This document shows, piece after piece, positions 11,100-24,223 of a DNA stretch of 64,000 bases (positions within the stretch are counted from its first letter, which is position 1; each line of letters begins with the position of its first letter). The stretch lies in contig MU008165.1 in NCBI GenBank assembly GCA_010909165.1, positions 434,001 to 498,000 of the forward strand, written 5' to 3'. Source of the stretch: Anthoceros angustus. Lineage: Eukaryota; Plantae; Anthocerotophyta. A program made the translations under genes and the position numbers. Under the pieces are notes generated by a model. That model was not told the origin of the DNA. It worked only from the letters and a program-made list of their open reading frames with translations, and did not search any database.

Positions 11100-14000
11100 T
11101 CAATCTTCATCCTCATTTGCTCCCGCCGGCTCTCTCCACCCCCGTGCAGGAGTGGGGACGGCTATTGCCCACCCTCTATTCTCCGCTTGACCATCCGGAT
11201 GTAGGATACACTGCGTCACTTGATGCGGCCATATGAATGGTGTGTCCATGTCATCTGGGCGGTACGTACAATGACGGCCAGTGTACACAAGGTCGAATCC
11301 AGCCAATGTAGACCTTATGGACTGGAATCTGCCATTCGGGTTGCACTCATACCACTTAACCTTCAAGATAAGAGGTTCATAACCGCACGAGAACTGAACG
11401 CGCAATATCTCTTGCACATTGCCGTAGTAAGTCCGATCCCCTCCGTCTCCCATTACGTACCGTGTGTAGACACCGCTATCTTGGGTGGTTTTCCTGTGCA
11501 TATCTGCGACTATAGTGCGGAGGTGGCTACCTTTGCATATCATGTGCTTGTATGCCGTTGCCACAATGGAAGGGCCGTCCATGAGCGGCAGCGTCATCGA
11601 TCATATGCGGCAAGCCCTCCCAACGTCCTCCATTTCGACCATCATGAATCCAAGCCCGAAAGGAAGGGTTGTGTCCCATGTCACGGTTAATTTCCTCACG
11701 GTACATCGAAGAAAGGGTCCATAACCGTGGTGTGTGACGAAGGTGTGGACTTGGTGCGACTCCGTGGTAAATTTGTATGCTCGTCCTATCCCTAAGGTCT
11801 TCTCGTGGGCATCCCGTCTGCGACACCGCCAAATATGGTCTGTGGATAATGTTGGAGAAAGGACTTTGCATAATGCAAAGACTCATCTCGACGTAACCTT
11901 CCGCCATCGCCTCCGGTTTGCTCTGTTGGCGGATTGTTCCTTTCTGCTTCCGGATACCTTTCAGCGGGATACATCCATCGCCGTGAACCGCCCTAGAGTG
12001 CAACCTCATCCACCAAGTGGATTATGAGATGGGTCGATATGTCGAACAAGTTGGGGAATTCTCTTTCCAACTCACACATCACCTGATGCACTCTTGTTGC
12101 ATTCTCCCAACCTCATGGCCCGGTATTCTTCGCTGGCATATCCTCCGATAAAGTTTGCTGAGTCCGGCCACTGCTTTATATACGGATGGTTTGATTCGAC
12201 CTCGCAAAACAATTGGAAAATAAATCTCCATGAGTATATGCCAATCATGGGCTTTCAAATTCCCCAGCTTACCAGTAGACATCTTTGCCGCAATGTTTGA
12301 CGCATATCCGGTAGGTAACCTTATTGCTTGCATTTCCAAAAAAACCAAATCCAAGTCTGGCTTCGAGAGGACATAGGGAGCTGGCAGAAACGTTTCCCTG
12401 TTCCCTGCCAAAGGCCATAGCTCCTTCTTTCCCCATATTGTTCCATGTCTAAGCGTGATCTAATATCATCTTTCTCCCTATGAAGGTGCCACGAGCCTCC
12501 GCATTGTTCTTTTCAACGTGCATGACATCTTTACGTGCCCACTTAAGCATATACCTCCAATACGGATATTCAAACCATAAAGACTGCGGGTCCCGAACTT
12601 GCCCCTTTCCTCAACTCTCTCTGCAACCTCTCTCCTGTCCATATCACATGAGGTCATCATAGGAGGGGGGTTGTGGGCGGGGACGCCTCTCCTCTTCATT
12701 ATTGTGACGATCCAAGTCCAGCCTCCGCATTGGATGGTTGCGCGGAAGCCACCGCCGGTATCCAAGGTACTCCTCCTTCTATACGTGGTGGGCCCAACGA
12801 GAGTGCAACGTACCCCAACAATCTACACATGCCCTAGAACCTTTCACTTGAAAGCCTGTTAGTGTACCGATTCCCGGATAATCAGCTATGGTGTGCAGCA
12901 CTGCGGCTCGCAACCTGAAACGCCATCTAGGATCTTCCGATGGGAGAGAAAAGTCTTCCATAGGGATCCCATGCCATAGGTCTTTTAGCTCCTCCAGAAG
13001 AGGTTCTAGGTAAACATCAAAGTTAGGCACAATATGGGGACCCGGGACGATAAGGGGCATGATGATATGACCAGTCTTTGTGCTAAGCCATGGCGGTAGG
13101 TTGTGCAGAAAAAGCATTACAGGCCAAATGGATGTCGTGGCTGACCTGTGTCCAAAAGGGTTAAATCCATCTGTTGCGAGAGCGAGCCGGATGTTCCGGG
13201 TTCACTACCGAAGCCATCCAATCCATCAAGAGCCTCCCACGCCGGTGTGTCTGCCATTATGCCCATGGAGCCATCACAACTCCGGAGTTCCTTGTAGGAT
13301 GTCATCAATCTGGCAGTGTTGGGTGCTCTAAAAATCCGGTTGAGCCTATCCTTCAAAGGGAAATGCCACATGACCTTTCGAGCCGTTCGCCTCGACCCAT
13401 TTGGCAACCCGGTCCCCTCCACATACCTGTCTGCATCACATTTTATGCAGTGATCATCTCCGGCATATGGGCCCCGAAAGAGCAGGCAGTCATTAACGCA
13501 GGCATGAATCTTCTCGAACCGCGGCCCAAAGGAAAACAAAGTTTTTTTGGCTTCTGACATGGACTTCGGCAGTGAATTCCCTTCAGGCAACAAATGCACC
13601 GAAATCACCTGGAAAATATCAGACATAGCCACATCTGAAATACCATGCATTGTTTTGATCGAGACGAGAAGCAAGGTGGCAGTCAATCGGGTCTCTTTGG
13701 AAAGACATGCTTCTTCCATGGTGAACAAAGGCAGCTCTGCCGTAGCCGAGGCGGCCTCACTTTCCTGTCCGGGCACATCTGGAACACCTGCAGCTGCCAT
13801 GAGGTCATCCAAGTCAGCATCCAAGTCGGTATCATCAATGGGATTCTGTGCATCCATTTCGTCCTCTGACTCTGATGACTCTTCATTAGATGAAACTGAC
13901 ATAGGTATCTCGGGCTCCGTTTCTTGGTTCATCTCTCGGGGGAGCGCGTCACCGGCAGTCGGTAGCAGCGATTGCGTCCCGATGTCACTATAGGCCTGCG

Positions 14001-14397
14001 CGGGCTGGACCGTTCCCTCCACATTCCCATTAACACGCCCAACATTGGCAACGTTCTGCAGGTCAAACGCCGGCAGCTGTGGCGGCCCAATAGTCGCTTC
14101 TGCTTGAGCGCGCGCTAACCTTGCATCATGTTCAACCGCATGCACCTGAAGAAGAACATCAGTACAGACAAATGAAGGCTTGTCAGTTTCCATGTATTGT
14201 TCAAACAAGCCAATTATGAAGCGAACATTTCAACGCAGGACATTTCTGCATCCACCCACATCACGGAACCATCCTCGAATAGTTTGCTGGCAGTGAACCA
14301 CCGAGACGTGGGCTGGAATGGTCACAGTGCTGCCTTCACACGCGGGGCAGGGACACATCATGTACGTTGTCAAATCCGGATCTCCTCTTCGAACCAT
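11100..14397 (-). pseudogene. CACTA TnpD transposase (transposase-associated Zn domain, Transposase_21, DUF4218, DUF4216), frameshifted
   Basis: MMCPCPAC..H (N-terminal domain), CVNDCLLFRG..C..C..RY, WHFPLKDRL..F, ADTPAW, MLFLHNLPPW, LEELKDLW, TIADYPG, DVMHVEKN, NLKAHDWHILME, QDSGVY..YYGNVQEILRV..LKVKWY; split over several frames. Confidence 0.92.
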
Positions 14398-15157
14398 AAT
14401 GGCAGGAAAGTGCGTGTGTGGAAACCCCGTCTCCTTTGTCAGTGGAAGCGCCCAGTCAGCGCTTCGCCACTTCTCGCTCCACCTGCAACCATCATGCCCC
14501 CAATCGCACCGACGCAGGAAAATGGCAGAATGGATGGAACGACCCAAGCGGATGGAACAACCCAAGCGCAATGCGCATGCCCAATTTGCAAATGACACGG
14601 TGCAATTGGCGAATGTAAAGGTTCACACTCGAGACTTCACCAAGACCCGCAGCCACATCCATACACAACATCCAATGCACGAACCTTGGGAAATAGGTGA
14701 CAGCGTCCAGACTGCTCACGGGATTCCTAAATGGATTCAGGGAATTGCTGAGATTGCACACGCGGCTAACGTCATTGTTGATGCTTGGTCGCCAGACACA
14801 TGCCACAACCGCTTGGCGTTGGACACCACTTCTTTCCTTTGCGGCAAGAGGAAGGGGTCGGCGAAAACCAGGTGGATATCGCAGACACAGCGGTGCATGT
14901 CACAGCACAACTAACCTACTGCTAGGCCTAGCCGAAGGTCACCAATTGAGGAGCAGGTGGTGGGTATTCGTCGACGTCGAGTAGCGGTACAGCATGCTAG
15001 CCGTTACCAACAGTCCAACGTCTCTCACTAGCATTTGTCACATTCTCATATTCTGTCGGGCGACGTGCACTAACAAGAAAAGGGTGCGTCCTGGGCTTCC
15101 TTCTCTACATTGTAGGCAACTTGATTCAGGACGATTGCCAATCGCTGAGCTATTGCG

Positions 15158-15904
15158 GTGTTGCCAAAAATGGAGGAGACACCAGAGACTGAGGCGTACG
15201 ACATGCCAGAGTTGTCCCAGCCCATCACCGACACACAGCGCATGGAGCAGCTTGTTTCGCTGGCCATGGCAAACCCACCCATCGAGTACCAAGAGGGATT
15301 GCGACGTAAGCGGGGGCATTGCAGTGGTGTGAACGCCGACTCCGACGAAGACTACTTGTCAGGTGGACCAGCTCCCCCACCGCAGCCAGTAAACGAGGAA
15401 GAGGAGTTGCCAAATCCCGTATGGAGTGCCGACTTGGGGCCGGTCGAAGGCCAGGAGAAGGTGTATGTCTGGGCATTCCGCTTCGGGGACATGCAGAGTA
15501 TGCAAGAGTGGGCACCCGGAAAGGGGAGATGGATGGTGCAGGTCATGGAGGGAAAGGGTTTGCCCGAAATGCATCACAGGTTTGTGACAGCAAGGGCTAG
15601 CTTGGAAGAGGATGGACCTTTGCCGGTGTTGCGGACAGATACACCCACTGACACACCCGAAGTGTGGGCGGCATGCTCGGAACAGCTAGGATTGGGTTTC
15701 CTGGGACGAGCCAAGGAGCTGGCAATTTACGTTTACAAAGCCGTAGAGGCACTCCGGGAAAACTGGCGCGTGAACATCTTAATGCTGAGGTTTGAGACTC
15801 CTAGGGAGAAAATGTATTGTGATGCCATGATGTCGGCGCACAAGTTCAATGTGTTGGTTGTGCAGAAGGAGGCCCAATTCGGTGAAATGATCTCAAAGAC
15901 CTAA
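15158..15904 (+). CDS. CACTA-borne ORF of unknown function (248 aa), divergent from TnpD; degenerate coding-like sequence continues to ~17200
   Basis: Uninterrupted 248-codon ATG ORF with an acidic/Pro-rich N-half and a globular-looking C-half; lies inside the TIRs; no family recognised. Confidence 0.55.
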   Translation: MLPKMEETPETEAYDMPELSQPITDTQRMEQLVSLAMANPPIEYQEGLRRKRGHCSGVNADSDEDYLSGGPAPPPQPVNEEEELPNPVWSADLGPVEGQEKVYVWAFRFGDMQSMQEWAPGKGRWMVQVMEGKGLPEMHHRFVTARASLEEDGPLPVLRTDTPTDTPEVWAACSEQLGLGFLGRAKELAIYVYKAVEALRENWRVNILMLRFETPREKMYCDAMMSAHKFNVLVVQKEAQFGEMISKT

Positions 15905-17619
15905 CCGGCACAATGGATTGGAGGAACTTGCGGATGTCTTTGCGAAGAGGCACGCACAAGTGGATGTGGGGAAACACATCTATGTGCGTGAACGTGGCCC
16001 TCTTTGGGAAGAGCGTCGGTATTTGCTATGGACAGCCCAGTATGCGGCGAGATCCATGCTTACTAGTCCTTCAATAGCATGTGGCCTTGTGACCATTGTG
16101 AGGCGGTGGATGGTGCCAATTTCTTGGTGTAACGAGGCTTTTGTTCACGTACAATAGGGTGGACCATTTTCCGGGATATGCGGACTTCAAATGCAATGAC
16201 GAGGGGCAATACCAGCTCCTTGAGGCGGTGAGATGATTGTTGAGGCACACTACACCGGTGGAGGACTACTATATGGGCTGCTATGGACGATCACATGGGT
16301 ACTTGTTCCGGATACAAAGCCTTGCCGAGGATGTGGAGGTGCGAAGGGAGTTCTACCGACATGGGACAAAGAAAATTGGTATTTGAATTTCTGTTGTTGG
16401 AAGCCTAAATGCCTAACGACCAGGTATTCACCCTTGATCTGTGTGTTCTTGGTTCTCCTAACGTGTGTGAGAAGGCGGTGTGTTGCTGCAGAGTTCTCTT
16501 GTCAAGAGAATCAGTTGTTCGACGGTGTGAAAGTGCTGCGTGGAGAAGGCCTGTGGATCTGATCTTGTACAACCAGGATGACAAGTTCTTAGCACCTTTG
16601 CCAACCTTCTTCCTCAGGACGGGTCCCGATCTCGTCAATAATCTCCATGCTCATGCGGAATGAAAGTGCGGCTTCTATCACTTTGAGGAATCGAGTTCTC
16701 TCCCTAAGTAGTCCATTGAGGCCACATTTCACAATCATCCACAAACACAAACCAAAGAAAACACACGGTTTACAAAAGTGCTTACCATCAATGTTATGAA
16801 GTTGCACAAGAGAGCCATGGCTTGGGGTCCCAAGGGTGAGGGGACGTACTGCTACTGCGGGCTGCCAAACTTCGCATCGAAGCGGACAATGATTCGGGCT
16901 TCTCTGCGCTCGTTGTGGCCTTCGCCGATTTTTCGACATGCCATGCGAGCGGGGAGCGGAAGACCTTGGTTTGACATAAGGCACCTTCAACAGGGCGCAG
17001 ATGCAGCGGTCGTCTCACAAAGGAAGATCCCATGCCCGTGACGCGCCGGCACCGGGAGGGGCTGAAACATTGCTTTGGAACATGCTCCTTCCCATCTAAA
17101 AGGTTGATCAGTTCCTCGTCTACAAGAGATGATGAAGCACCTCTCAGCGATTCCGATGTTGTTCTTCGCAAATGGGGGACAGGAGAGAAAGAATATTATT
17201 AGAAAATGGCTCCGATGATCCTTCCAGCCTACAGAAGCACGTGCCACAACCGTTAATCACCTTTTAAATGCGCATGGCATTGGGAAATGTAGCTTACAAA
17301 GAATGCAGTGAACACGTACAAGCTGTGGCATGTACTCTAAAAAAAGGGTGGGTGACGGGGCCGGACAGTAATGGAACCGAGGAAAACACATTGGGCTACG
17401 GGATACCCCGTGGGATAGCTATTTTTTAACACAAGAAAATGAAAAGGGTGGAGAATTCGGGCAATGGGGACAAGTGGCCCCCATTATTGAAGACACAAGT
17501 GTTATATTGCAGCGTAACAAACATGTCCTATTATGACATGCCCCTCCTCCAAACCAAAATTTGTAACGATTGTGTGGGCCATAACAAACTCTGCAACATA
17601 AAAGCGTAACAAACACCCT

Positions 17620-17634
17620 CTGTTTCTAGTAGTG
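17620..17634 (-). repeat. CACTA right TIR
   Basis: CTGTTTCTAGTAGTG followed by TSD ATA; exact reverse complement of 4332-4346. Confidence 0.95.
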
Positions 17635-20600
17635 ATAATTCGCTTTGTCGCTTGCATAGCTGCTATGTGTTCGGATTCCGTGGAAGAGGGGGCGATGGCG
17701 GTTTGCCTCTTCATCCCTAGTTTACTGCATTGCACAACATCACGGCGAATCCGGAAGTTGATTTCTTGGAGTCCATGTCTCCCCCCAATCGGCATACATA
17801 TACGCATGTAGTTGAGGGGTACGATTGGTAGCAGGACCCTTATCTTGATGGCCAGTATAAAGAAGCCCATGGGTCAACGTTCCCTTGAGAAAGAGGAGAG
17901 TGCATTTGAGTGCCCGCGCTTCTCAGCCTACCGGCATAGGTTGGCAACCTACGACGGTAGGTTGCCAGCCTACCGTCCCTTTGGGCTACCTGCTGGACCA
18001 AAACACGGACGACATGGCTCATAAGGTTAGGCCTCAATGTCGTCCGTATCCAATTACGGCTTCCAGACATGGCTTCCAACGGCAATTCCAGATTTGGCTT
18101 CCAACGGCAATTGCAGATATGGCTTCCAACGGCTTCTAGATATGAGATGGATTCCATGTACTTTCGCTCTTCATCATTCTTGGGAGCCTATGATGCGCTC
18201 AAAGGCGCATCCACGGCAAGTGGAGTGCATGCAAACTTGCACTGAAGGATATTGAACCTAGTTTAAATGTATCTTCAATGTATTGGGTTTGACTTAAATG
18301 TAACCACCTATCATTGCGATTTGTACTAACCTTTATCCCAATGTACCAATGAATGTCGCCTAAATCTGCCATGCGAAACTTGGATTTAAGCATAGTCATG
18401 ATCATCTTTGCTAGCAAGCTAGACTTATCATTGCTAACAAGGATGCAATCATCCACGTACAAAATGAAAATGACAAGTGCATTGCCAGACTTAAGTACAT
18501 AAACTTAAGTACATAGACGTTACTGTGTGATGGGCATTTAACAAACCCAAATTCAAGAAGGACTTCATTCATCAAGTCATTCCGAATTACGAAGGATTGT
18601 TTAAGTTCATAGATGTTGCCTAAAAGCAAATATTCGAGATGCTCTTTAACTTTTTTCTCGTATCCCTTAGGGTGGCACATGTAAATTTCTTCTTTGAGAT
18701 GACCATACAGAAATGTCTTCTTTACATGATTCTAATTGAACAACCTCCCAATCAGGGATGGTGGTAAGTGCCAAAATAGTGTAAAAGGACCTTATCTGAC
18801 CGTCAGGCCGGAAGAGATGGACCACTACATCATAATCACCACTGGCCTGTTGAGTATATCCTTGTGCAACAAAGACAAGCCTTGTAGTGCTCGATTGCAC
18901 TATTAGACTAGCGGTGTAGTTAGTTTTAAAAGTCCACTTACTCCCCGTGGCCGTCCATGCAGCAACTTGAAAAGCCTTCAGGTCTTATTGTCTTTGACTG
19001 ATTGAACCTCATCATTAATTGTCAGTTTCCATTCAAACGATTGTGGCCCAAATATGGCCTCCTTGTAGTGGATGGCTCTTGGATATCTGAAGAAGACATA
19101 AGTGTGTCGGCATAGGTAAGAGCTACTAGATTCGATGGGCTTGCCGCGCTTGAGTGATAACTTAAGGTATTCATTTCCTTGTTAGGAGAATCGAAGGTAG
19201 ATGCAAATTTACGAGGCTCGCTCAAGATTCTCATGAGCCTTCCAACTAGGTTGTCTTTGCCTGGTAGAGCGTTGGAGCGCGGGAGGCTCTACCAACAGTG
19301 GAGACAAGTCAGGAGGGAGGATAAACCTTATTAGCTGGGAAAGGAAAATTAAGTCCATTACGATCAACATGTTGATCGTAGCAGTGATATAGATGTACAT
19401 CTATATCACTGCTAGATGGCACAAGAGGATCAAGAGGTTGAGGAATCGGTGGGGTACCAGTAACAGGGGAAGCTGGAGCAGGCAAGCCTTAGGGGCCATG
19501 AGGCAGCATATCTGCACTTGCTGTTGGAATGTAACCTGTGATCAAGCACTGGAAACGAGATAAATAACTCGCCAGAGGTGGTTGAAACCGGATCATCATC
19601 CACGTCTCGCTCCTCCTCCATCCCCAACATTGAGTTCGGAGCAATGTAACTGTATGCCTGCATCGGTACTGTCTTGGACAGAGTCCTTCCTCTAGTAATG
19701 CATGTTTTGATGCAGCAGAAGGCTTGGAAGAACCCAATGCAACAACTAGGACTGAAGGAGCTAATGTGTTAGCTGCGGCCAAAGTGGAGGTTGACAAAGT
19801 ACTGGTGAGAGACAATATGTGGAGGAGAGAAGCGTTGTTGTTGGCTGGTACCTTGGCAAATGTGTCATTTTTCACTCCCAAATCCCTGAGAGATGCCATG
19901 CCTGCCAGTTATCACCCCATGGTCTGCCATCATCCATTCCATATGTTCACATACTTCAATAAACTAGTGATCTTTGTCAAGTGGGAAGGACTATCTTGCA
20001 AATCAGTAGGTCCTTCGATGAAGGCAAGCATCTCAGCCACGACCACATCGCTCCCCATAGGCAGGACACCATAAAGGCTACATCAGTGCTGTTGATACAA
20101 GAAATGGTCATTATGAGGTCTCTCCCTGCGTTGTACACTGAATTTAGCTTGCCACCTCCCCTTGTTGCATCAGCATCCGCAGCGCTAGAGCTACGATCCC
20201 CCGATGGCAAATAGCCCCGTGCTCGTGCACTGGCCGATTCTAGGTTGAAGGCGGCGACACCACCTGGCTTTAGGCTACAGACAATTTGCAGAGTACTAAT
20301 TCACAATTTTCAAAGTACAAAATGCGCCTTCAACAACCATTCTACAACAATGGTTGTTAAAGGTGCACTTAGTACTTTGAAGAATGTTTGGCGCATTCTA
20401 GGATGGAAGGTTTGGAAGGCAATGTCGAGTACTTCACTGAAGCGTCCAACGTATGTTACATGTTGCACAACATATGGATTACGATACCCAGGGTGACCAA
20501 TTGTATCCCCGGTTGCTTGATCTTAATGATGACAACCTCGCCTCTCGGAATAGGTTAGGAATACGAGCAGTGCCACCTGCCAGCTCCGAAGGTCACTATC

Positions 20601-21000
20601 TACGATGCAACACTTATGGGAGGAAGAAAAGCATTGAATTGAGATTAATGTTATGTAAATTGTAGGATACAATGCTTCAACCCTTCTTAATGCATGCGGC
20701 TTCCACTATTGAAGCCCCCAAGCTTTTGATGGAAGCCAAAATCTCAGTGAATGTTGTGATTGTACTCTCTTTCCTGCCTCAATCTGATGTAACATTTTCA
20801 GTTTTTCTATTTTCGCAAGTGTTGCCATCTTCTCACGCTCAATGACCATCTTGCAGTCAGCATGTCGGACATGTCGTTGATCTTCGGTATATTTGGAACA
20901 GACACAACCTCAACATTATTCTCTCTAATACTGGCAATAAAGATTCCAGCTGTAGCAGTCGACGTCGTTGTTGATGTATCCCTAGAAAACCCCCCCTAGA
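17635..21000 (-). mobile_element. Ty1/copia retrotransposon, RT/RNase H N-half and decayed upstream pol/gag region
   Basis: RLVFVAQGYTQQ..DYD (RT start), GFVKCPSHSNVY, YVDDCILVSND..DLGDIHWYIGI..LHLSQTQYIE, DWGGDMDSKKSTSG and QTAIAPSSTESEHIAA (RNase H); many stops and frameshifts. The upstream limit is approximate and no 5' LTR was found. Confidence 0.85.
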
Positions 21001-24000
21001 AGCCCCCCACTGTTCCCAAACAATTCAAAGCCTTCAAACACGTCGCCGGAAGTAGTAGAAGGAGGCTTGCTAGAGTGCATGGTCCCACATACATTCATAG
21101 CTTTGTTAGTCATGAATGCTGCGATGGCATCATACACGCTCGGGAAGAACGATTTTGTTTATGTGTGGGCTTTACGTTTTGTCTTATCCATATTCCAAAA
21201 CGAACTCTCGCTTAAATGAGCACGGGCCTTTCCCTATCAGCAATCTTATTGAAGTCGATCATGCACTATTCCCACTTATCCTTACACTATTTTCGGGTGC
21301 GGTAAACACTAAGTGTTTACCGCACCAAGTCCCGTAGACAGGAAAATTCCATGCAAAAGGACTATCGTACACTTCCCCTTCTTCTTTGAGGACTACACAG
21401 TTTTGGTGCTAAGGAAGGCAATGTTTAGTCGAGATGCTGGTGCCAGAATGACTCCAGTGCAAGCTATTGTCGACCTTATGATTGCAGACAAGCCACATTC
21501 AGCCGCGAAGCTAGCTGTAGTCAAAGTTTGAGTCAGATAGGGCAATAGTGGAAGTGGTTTCAGCCTGCTACATGACCTCCTGGGATTGCTGCGACGTTGC
21601 CTTTCACAGCAAGTATGCGGAGTCGTCTACTTCCAGCTAAGGTAACAGATGTGCATAATCCAGCCATGACTTGGCCAGGGCTTCAATTCCTTGCAGGCCA
21701 TAGTGAGGGAAACGGTGTACAGGGGGCTCCCAAGGCTTGTTGCAAGCTTATTGATCCTCGTTCATCACAAGCGATTTTCGATCTTGTTTGGTTCCATTCC
21801 CGTCGTCTGTATGAGTACAGCAAGTTAAAGTCATTCCAAGTAAACCTTTTTCATCTCACCCAGGTCGATCCTGATAAACCCTGGCCGTGATGTACCCTTC
21901 AGAGCAGCTCTGGAACACTGAAAGCTGCACACATTACATGGCACGCTCATTCCTAGAGAATTGAACTAGAGACTTGAATCACCTTTGCTGTTCCTAGAGA
22001 ATTGAAGCACCTTTGCTGCCTACATAATTCAATCACCCATTTCTTGCGTGAAGATTCAGGATGCAGGGAGTGTGCATTTGGAGGCGCCAGTCCACCAGTA
22101 CTTCGTATCGTTTATCTACAACTGCAGTTATTACTTGGAGGGCAAGGGCAAGAAAGAGCATATGACTTTGGGTTCACCTTGACTGCAGAGGGCAAGAAAG
22201 AACATCTGACTTTGGGTTCACATTGACTGCAGAACAAAAATCCCCGAAGAGAAGTCTACAGGCGCATTTTACATTCTATTGGCACGGGTTCCTCTTGTGA
22301 ACACAGGCTCCTCTTGTGAAGCTTTAGCTGCTGTTTGTATGAATCTCCGCCAGAGCATGCAAAGCAGGTCCCTGAGAGGCGATCGTGTTTGTGGCTTGAA
22401 AACCTGCAGACTGAATGACGGGAAAGCCTCAAGTGAAGTGAGCGCGATCAATCTCTGAAAGGTACTCTTGTCTACGTTGAGTCTGAGATTTTAACCTTGA
22501 CGACACGCAAAACTTTGCTGCTGAGACCCTTGACGGATCCGGAGAGAGCAACTTGGAACAGGCTCGCATGCTCCTTGGCATTTTGGAGGTTCTCATGAAT
22601 GCAGCTGTGGCAGACCTATGTCGTGATCAGGAGACCGAAGCAAAGAAAGAACTGGAAGCCTCTACTTGCCCGATGCACGACTCCTTGGAACAGGTTTCGA
22701 CCCAGAAACGAGAAAAAGGTGTTGTAAAAGGGTAAAAGGTGGACGGAATTGAGCAAAGGCTGCGTCTAGCAGGCCGGGGCGGTTCCTGGTACCCCGAATT
22801 TCCATAGGGAATCGCAAGCTTGCCTCTCCTGGGAAATCCTTGTATGGCTCACCTTCTCCTAGTAGTCGCTGAAGACATCATGAAATCGGTGAAATCACTC
22901 AGGAGCAGTTGGACGTCTCACTGGAAGCTGCCGTGTCTACAGAGCTCACTGAGCAGATATCTGAGTTTCTGAGCAAGCTTCACGACCTGAGAGATAGCTG
23001 ATACTGGCAAGACGTGTTTGTCAGTTCCTCGACGTGTTTGTCAGTTGGTCCTGGCATCGAAAACTTGCGGAGTAACGACGTCACAGCTAGCATATTCCAC
23101 AGGAAAAGCGGAGAACAGGGAACAGCAAGAGGGAGATGTCTGATGAAATCCGTGGGAGCCCTGTTTTGATCAACCGCCGTGAAGTGCTTAGGAGGTTGGC
23201 AGACGAGAAAAACCCACTTAGAGACGTGTTCAGGGTCCCGACTCCAATGTGGATGCTGAACTTGACAGTGAAGAAGAGACCGAGGCAGAAGCCTCTGAAA
23301 GTGAAGAACGGAGGCTCGCCATTCACGATTGGGTGAGTAACCACGCTAAACCGCTCATGATCATCCAGTTTCTGAGCTGGCCAGTCAGTGTCCGGACGAG
23401 ATTCATCCAGGCCTGTGTCTGTATCTCAAATGGAGACGCACAGTGCTTGGGGCAGAGCTTGGGGCAGAGCTTGTGAGCAAAAGCTGTGGTCACCAGCCCA
23501 GTAGCAGCTGCTGTACACCCAGCTGGCAGCTATGGTTGTGTGCCTGGACCCTCTACCACGCTGCAGACCTGTCTAGGACGCTTGAAGAAACCAACATGAG
23601 AAGCCAAGCTATGGCGATGGTGAACCGAGCGCACCCAGACTGAATGACGGGAAAGCCTTGAGCCCCGTACATTACCTTAGAGTGGGGTGATTCCAGAACA
23701 CCTGGAACTTAGTTATGGCAATCACAGCCCCGTCAGTCGTCTCTGCCGCTACTGTCAAGTGGTACACATCCGAATTGAGTATGCCGTCAATGTTGTTTTC
23801 AGATTCTAATTCTCGTACTCTCCGACGCCGACGCAGCTGACTGCTGAGCCAGTGGATTTGTGATAAGATGTTTGATGCCCACCGATGGGAAACATGCCAG
23901 CCCGAAAGTACAACTTCTTGTCCGGCGCTTGCTCCAAGGCCAGGACCTTTGAAGTCGGGTCCGCTTCCAGCAGATGACATGGAACTCTTCACCCATAAGA

Positions 24001-24223
24001 GGGAAAATTGCTCTAACTGCTGCGTTAGAGGAACTGCAACAACCGGCTGCTGCATGTTTTGATGCACATGCAATGGTCTTCAAGTTACCTGCTTCAATAC
24101 TTCAGAGGCCTGTGAGTTCCCCGATGTCGACAGGTGGAATCCATGATTGTGGCCAATTGGGAGTCAGAGATTTTTCAAAGCCCTCGGGCCAGAAAGCGAT
24201 TGAAAGTTGAAACCCTGCCAGCG

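Larger units (their letters stand above)
4332..17634 (-). mobile_element. CACTA (En/Spm) DNA transposon with both ends, 13.3 kb
   Basis: Left end CACTACTAGAAACAG (4332-4346), right end CTGTTTCTAGTAGTG (17620-17634): a perfect 15-bp TIR. 3-bp TSD ATA at 4329-4331 and 17635-17637; internal TnpD transposase. Confidence 0.95.

Noticed and set aside
23672-24083. Minus-strand ORFs just downstream of EFL1
   Set aside because: No recognisable domain; could be 3' UTR or an orphan exon, unsupported as a feature.
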